The notes beneath the pieces are model-generated. The model was given only the letters and a program-made list of their open reading frames with translations. It searched no databases and was not told where the DNA came from. The translations under genes and the position numbers were made by a program. This document shows positions 61,364 through 64,000 of a DNA stretch of 64,000 bases, in pieces. The DNA lies in contig CALVRH010000002.1 of the NCBI GenBank assembly GCA_944358535.1, forward strand, positions 27,840 to 91,839, in the 5' to 3' direction. Each line of letters starts with the position of its first letter. Position 1 is the stretch's first letter. This DNA is from an uncultured Bacilli bacterium (GTDB taxonomy: Bacteria; Bacillota_I; Bacilli_A; RF39; UBA660).

Positions 61364-61797
61364 GAGTTATATTACTTCAAGATGTTAAGAAACAAGGTAA
61401 AAAAGATGATATAATAGAAGTTAAAGATGGTTATGGAAATTATTTAATTAACAATAAATTAGCAGTTTTAGAAACTAAAGGTAGCAGTAAGGTTTTGAAG
61501 AAGCAGCAGGAAGAGGCGGCTTTAGAGGAGTCTTTACTTTTAAAAGATTGCGAGGATATTAAAACTAAGTTAGAAAAAATGACTTTGAATTTTAAAGTAA
61601 ATACTGGTAAAAATGGTCAGGTATTTGGTCAGATTAGTACTAAACAAATATCTGATAAACTTAAGGAAAAAGGATTTAATATTGATAAAAGAAAAATTAA
61701 ATTAGATGTACCTATTAATACTTTAGGAACGACGAATGTTAAAGTTATTTTACATAAAAAGGTGGAGGCTACTTTAAAAATACATTTGGAGAAGTAG
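61360..61797 (+). CDS. rplI: 50S ribosomal protein L9
   Basis: MRVILLQDVKKQGKKDDIIEVKDGYGNYL. Confidence 0.95.
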   Translation: MRVILLQDVKKQGKKDDIIEVKDGYGNYLINNKLAVLETKGSSKVLKKQQEEAALEESLLLKDCEDIKTKLEKMTLNFKVNTGKNGQVFGQISTKQISDKLKEKGFNIDKRKIKLDVPINTLGTTNVKVILHKKVEATLKIHLEK

Positions 61798-61805
61798 GTG
61801 ATTAG

Positions 61806-63152
61806 ATGAATGAAAGAGCAATGCCGCAGAAGATAGATGCAGAGCAAGCTATTTTAGGTTCGATGTTTTTAAGTGAGAAAGCGCTTGAATTAATTATTGA
61901 GCGTTTAAATAAAGATATGTTTTATTTAGATTCTCACAAAAAAATATTTGAGACTATTAAAAATTTGGCTGATAAAAAGATTCCAATTGATATCACAACG
62001 GTTACAGCGGAGCTTGAGCGAAAGAAACTACTTAATCAAATTGGTGGGGTTGAATATTTAACCCAGATAATTAATATTGTTCCAACGGCCGCTAATGCGG
62101 AAGAATATGTTAAAATAGTTGAAGAAAAATATTTAAGACGTAATTTGATTGAGGCAGGAACAGATATTGCGAATGCGGGTTTTTCTTCTACAGAAGATAT
62201 TGGAGATATTTTAGACGAAGCTGAAAAGAAAATATTTGATGTGGTTAAAAACAGAAGAGGTTCTGAGTTTAAAAGTATTCAAGATGTTTTGTTTAAAGCA
62301 CAAGCTGATTTAGAGAAACTTTCTTCAATGAAAGGTGAGATTACGGGTGTTCCTTCTGGATATTATGATATTGATAGATTAACAGCTGGTTTTCATGAAA
62401 ATGAACTTATAATTATTGCTGCTCGTCCAGCTATGGGTAAGACAGCGTTTGCAGTTAATTTGGCGGTTAATATGGCAATGAATGCAAAAAAAACTGTGGC
62501 TTTATTTAATATGGAGATGGGAGCTGAACAACTTATTAGTCGTATGCTTTCTTCTGTTGGACAGATTGAGGCTTCTAAACTTCGTACAGGAAAATTAGAG
62601 CATCAAGATTGGAAAAGGGTGAATGAAGCTATTAGTAGATTAGCTGATACGAGAATATTTATTGATGATACTCCAGGTATGACTGTTAGTGAGATTAGAG
62701 CAAAATGCAGGAGATTAGCTAATTCAGAAAATGGTCTTGATATTGTTATTATCGATTATTTGCAGTTAATTAGTGGTTCTGCAAGATATGCTGGTCAAAG
62801 GCAACAAGAAGTATCTGAAATATCTAGATCTTTAAAAACTATGGCGATGGAGCTTAATATTCCGGTTATTGCTCTTGCCCAACTTTCACGTAGTGTTGAG
62901 GGAAGAGAAGATAAAAGACCATTACTTTCTGATTTAAGAGAGTCCGGATCTATTGAGCAAGATGCAGATATAGTCGCATTTTTATACCGTGATGATTATT
63001 ATAATAAAGAAAGTGCGATAGATGAAAATACAAGTAAAAGTGAATTTATTATTTCAAAGCATCGTAGTGGTCCTACTGCAACAGTTAATTTGATTTTTAA
63101 ACGAGATACGAGTTCATTTTTTAATATGGAAAATAGTCAGGTAGGTGAGTAA
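61806..63152 (+). CDS. dnaB: replicative DNA helicase (DnaB; DnaC in Bacillus nomenclature)
   Basis: 448 aa with Walker A ARPAMGKTAF, IIDYLQLI and SRSVEGREDKRPLLSDLRESGSIEQDAD. Confidence 0.95.
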   Translation: MNERAMPQKIDAEQAILGSMFLSEKALELIIERLNKDMFYLDSHKKIFETIKNLADKKIPIDITTVTAELERKKLLNQIGGVEYLTQIINIVPTAANAEEYVKIVEEKYLRRNLIEAGTDIANAGFSSTEDIGDILDEAEKKIFDVVKNRRGSEFKSIQDVLFKAQADLEKLSSMKGEITGVPSGYYDIDRLTAGFHENELIIIAARPAMGKTAFAVNLAVNMAMNAKKTVALFNMEMGAEQLISRMLSSVGQIEASKLRTGKLEHQDWKRVNEAISRLADTRIFIDDTPGMTVSEIRAKCRRLANSENGLDIVIIDYLQLISGSARYAGQRQQEVSEISRSLKTMAMELNIPVIALAQLSRSVEGREDKRPLLSDLRESGSIEQDADIVAFLYRDDYYNKESAIDENTSKSEFIISKHRSGPTATVNLIFKRDTSSFFNMENSQVGE

Positions 63153-64000
63153 ATGAAAAAGATTTCAATTATGTTTATGCTTTTTATAATAGTTGTTGGA
63201 GTTTTTGTTTTGGGTTTTGGATATAAGGCTTCACCTGAGCCTAACAATTATTATGAGGTATATTTAAATGATAAGGCTTTAGGAACAATTCAGTCTGAGC
63301 AAGAACTTGAAGATTATATTGATGAAAATGGAGCATATTATAAGAGAAAGTTTAATGTTGATAAAGTTTATTCTCCTAAGGGATTACAAGTCAGAAAATT
63401 AACGACATATGATGGTGATGTTGATTCAGTATCTTCTATTTATAATAAAATTTCTAAAAATGAGAAATTTACTATTAAGGGATATGAATTTGTTATTAAA
63501 AAGCAATCTGAAGAAAATAATGAAGATAGCAGTCCAACTTTATCAACACAAAGTATTTATGTTTTAGATAAAAGTATATTTAAAAAAGCAGTAGAAAAGT
63601 TAACTGAAACTTTTGTGGGGGCAGATGCTTATAAAACTTATTTGGATGGAACGCAGGTTGAAATTGAAACTACTGGTGAAAATATTCAAAATGTATATAT
63701 TAATGAAGATATTACGGTTAGAGAAACTAAAATACCTGTTGATGAGACAATATATACTGATGAAGATACTTTGGCAAATTATTTATTATATGGCGAAAAT
63801 CAAAAAAGTACATCGTACATTGTTAAAGCTGGAGATACAGTTGAAAGTGTAGCTTTCAATAATAAGGTTAGTCCAGAGGAATTATTACTTTCTAATGAAA
63901 CGCTTACTAGTACAGCTAATTTATTATATCCTGGCCAGCAACTTAGAATTGTCGAAACTAATCCACAAATCAGTGTAGTTGAAGAATCTTATTTGGTTGA
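63153..64000 (+). CDS. membrane-anchored LysM-domain protein (3' end outside the window)
   Basis: An open frame from the ATG at 63153 runs to the window end and is missing from the ORF track. It has an N-terminal TM helix MFMLFIIVVGVFVLGF and a LysM-like YIVKAGDTVESVAFNNKVSPEELLLSN. Confidence 0.6.
   Translation, partial: MKKISIMFMLFIIVVGVFVLGFGYKASPEPNNYYEVYLNDKALGTIQSEQELEDYIDENGAYYKRKFNVDKVYSPKGLQVRKLTTYDGDVDSVSSIYNKISKNEKFTIKGYEFVIKKQSEENNEDSSPTLSTQSIYVLDKSIFKKAVEKLTETFVGADAYKTYLDGTQVEIETTGENIQNVYINEDITVRETKIPVDETIYTDEDTLANYLLYGENQKSTSYIVKAGDTVESVAFNNKVSPEELLLSNETLTSTANLLYPGQQLRIVETNPQISVVEESYLV

Noticed and set aside
63613-63852. 79-aa ORF from the track
   Set aside because: It lies out of frame inside the much longer open frame that starts at 63153 and runs to the window end. 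That frame has a TM anchor and a LysM motif.

Overview
This window is the replication-origin region of a very AT-rich Bacillota chromosome (GC roughly 28-30% by eye), with Bacillus/Erysipelotrichia-like gene order. oriC lies at about 13.3-15.2 kb, marked by DnaA-box clusters on both sides of dnaA and a divergent rpmH. Core genes left of oriC are all on the minus strand: dnaA, dnaN, comK-like, recF, gyrB, gyrA, a 1.5-kb spacer, ffs, tadA, dnaX, ybaB, recR, a small BofA-like ORF and holB. Nearly all genes right of oriC are on the plus strand: rpmH-rnpA-yidC-jag, mnmE-mnmG-rsmG-parB, dapF, an Opu-type ABC transporter, a MerR stress operon, uvrB, lgt, trxB, yvcK-whiA and DHH-rplI-dnaB. I saw no rRNA, tRNA or CRISPR. 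Four things stand out. (1) The 40.2-52.1 kb segment holds two tandem, decayed integrative elements inserted at codon ~91 of uvrB. Each brought its own replacement uvrB 5' end and left two 91-codon uvrB stubs behind. Their cargo is all soluble and nucleotide-centred: an 8-gene operon of GT2, kinase, SDR, Nudix and NTase domains, plus a three-gene set of deoxyribosyltransferase-like, HhH-glycosylase-like and Maf proteins. This is my best candidate for an undescribed system. (2) Nine perfect parS palindromes sit in a 1.3-kb non-coding higher-order repeat next to gyrA. (3) The only ParB is 575 aa with a ~330-aa low-complexity linker, and there is no ParA/Soj. (4) DnaA-box 9-mers are written into the coding sequence of the genes left of oriC through a Val codon (GTG) that is otherwise avoided. 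All functional calls rest on motif recognition by eye; no database search was run.
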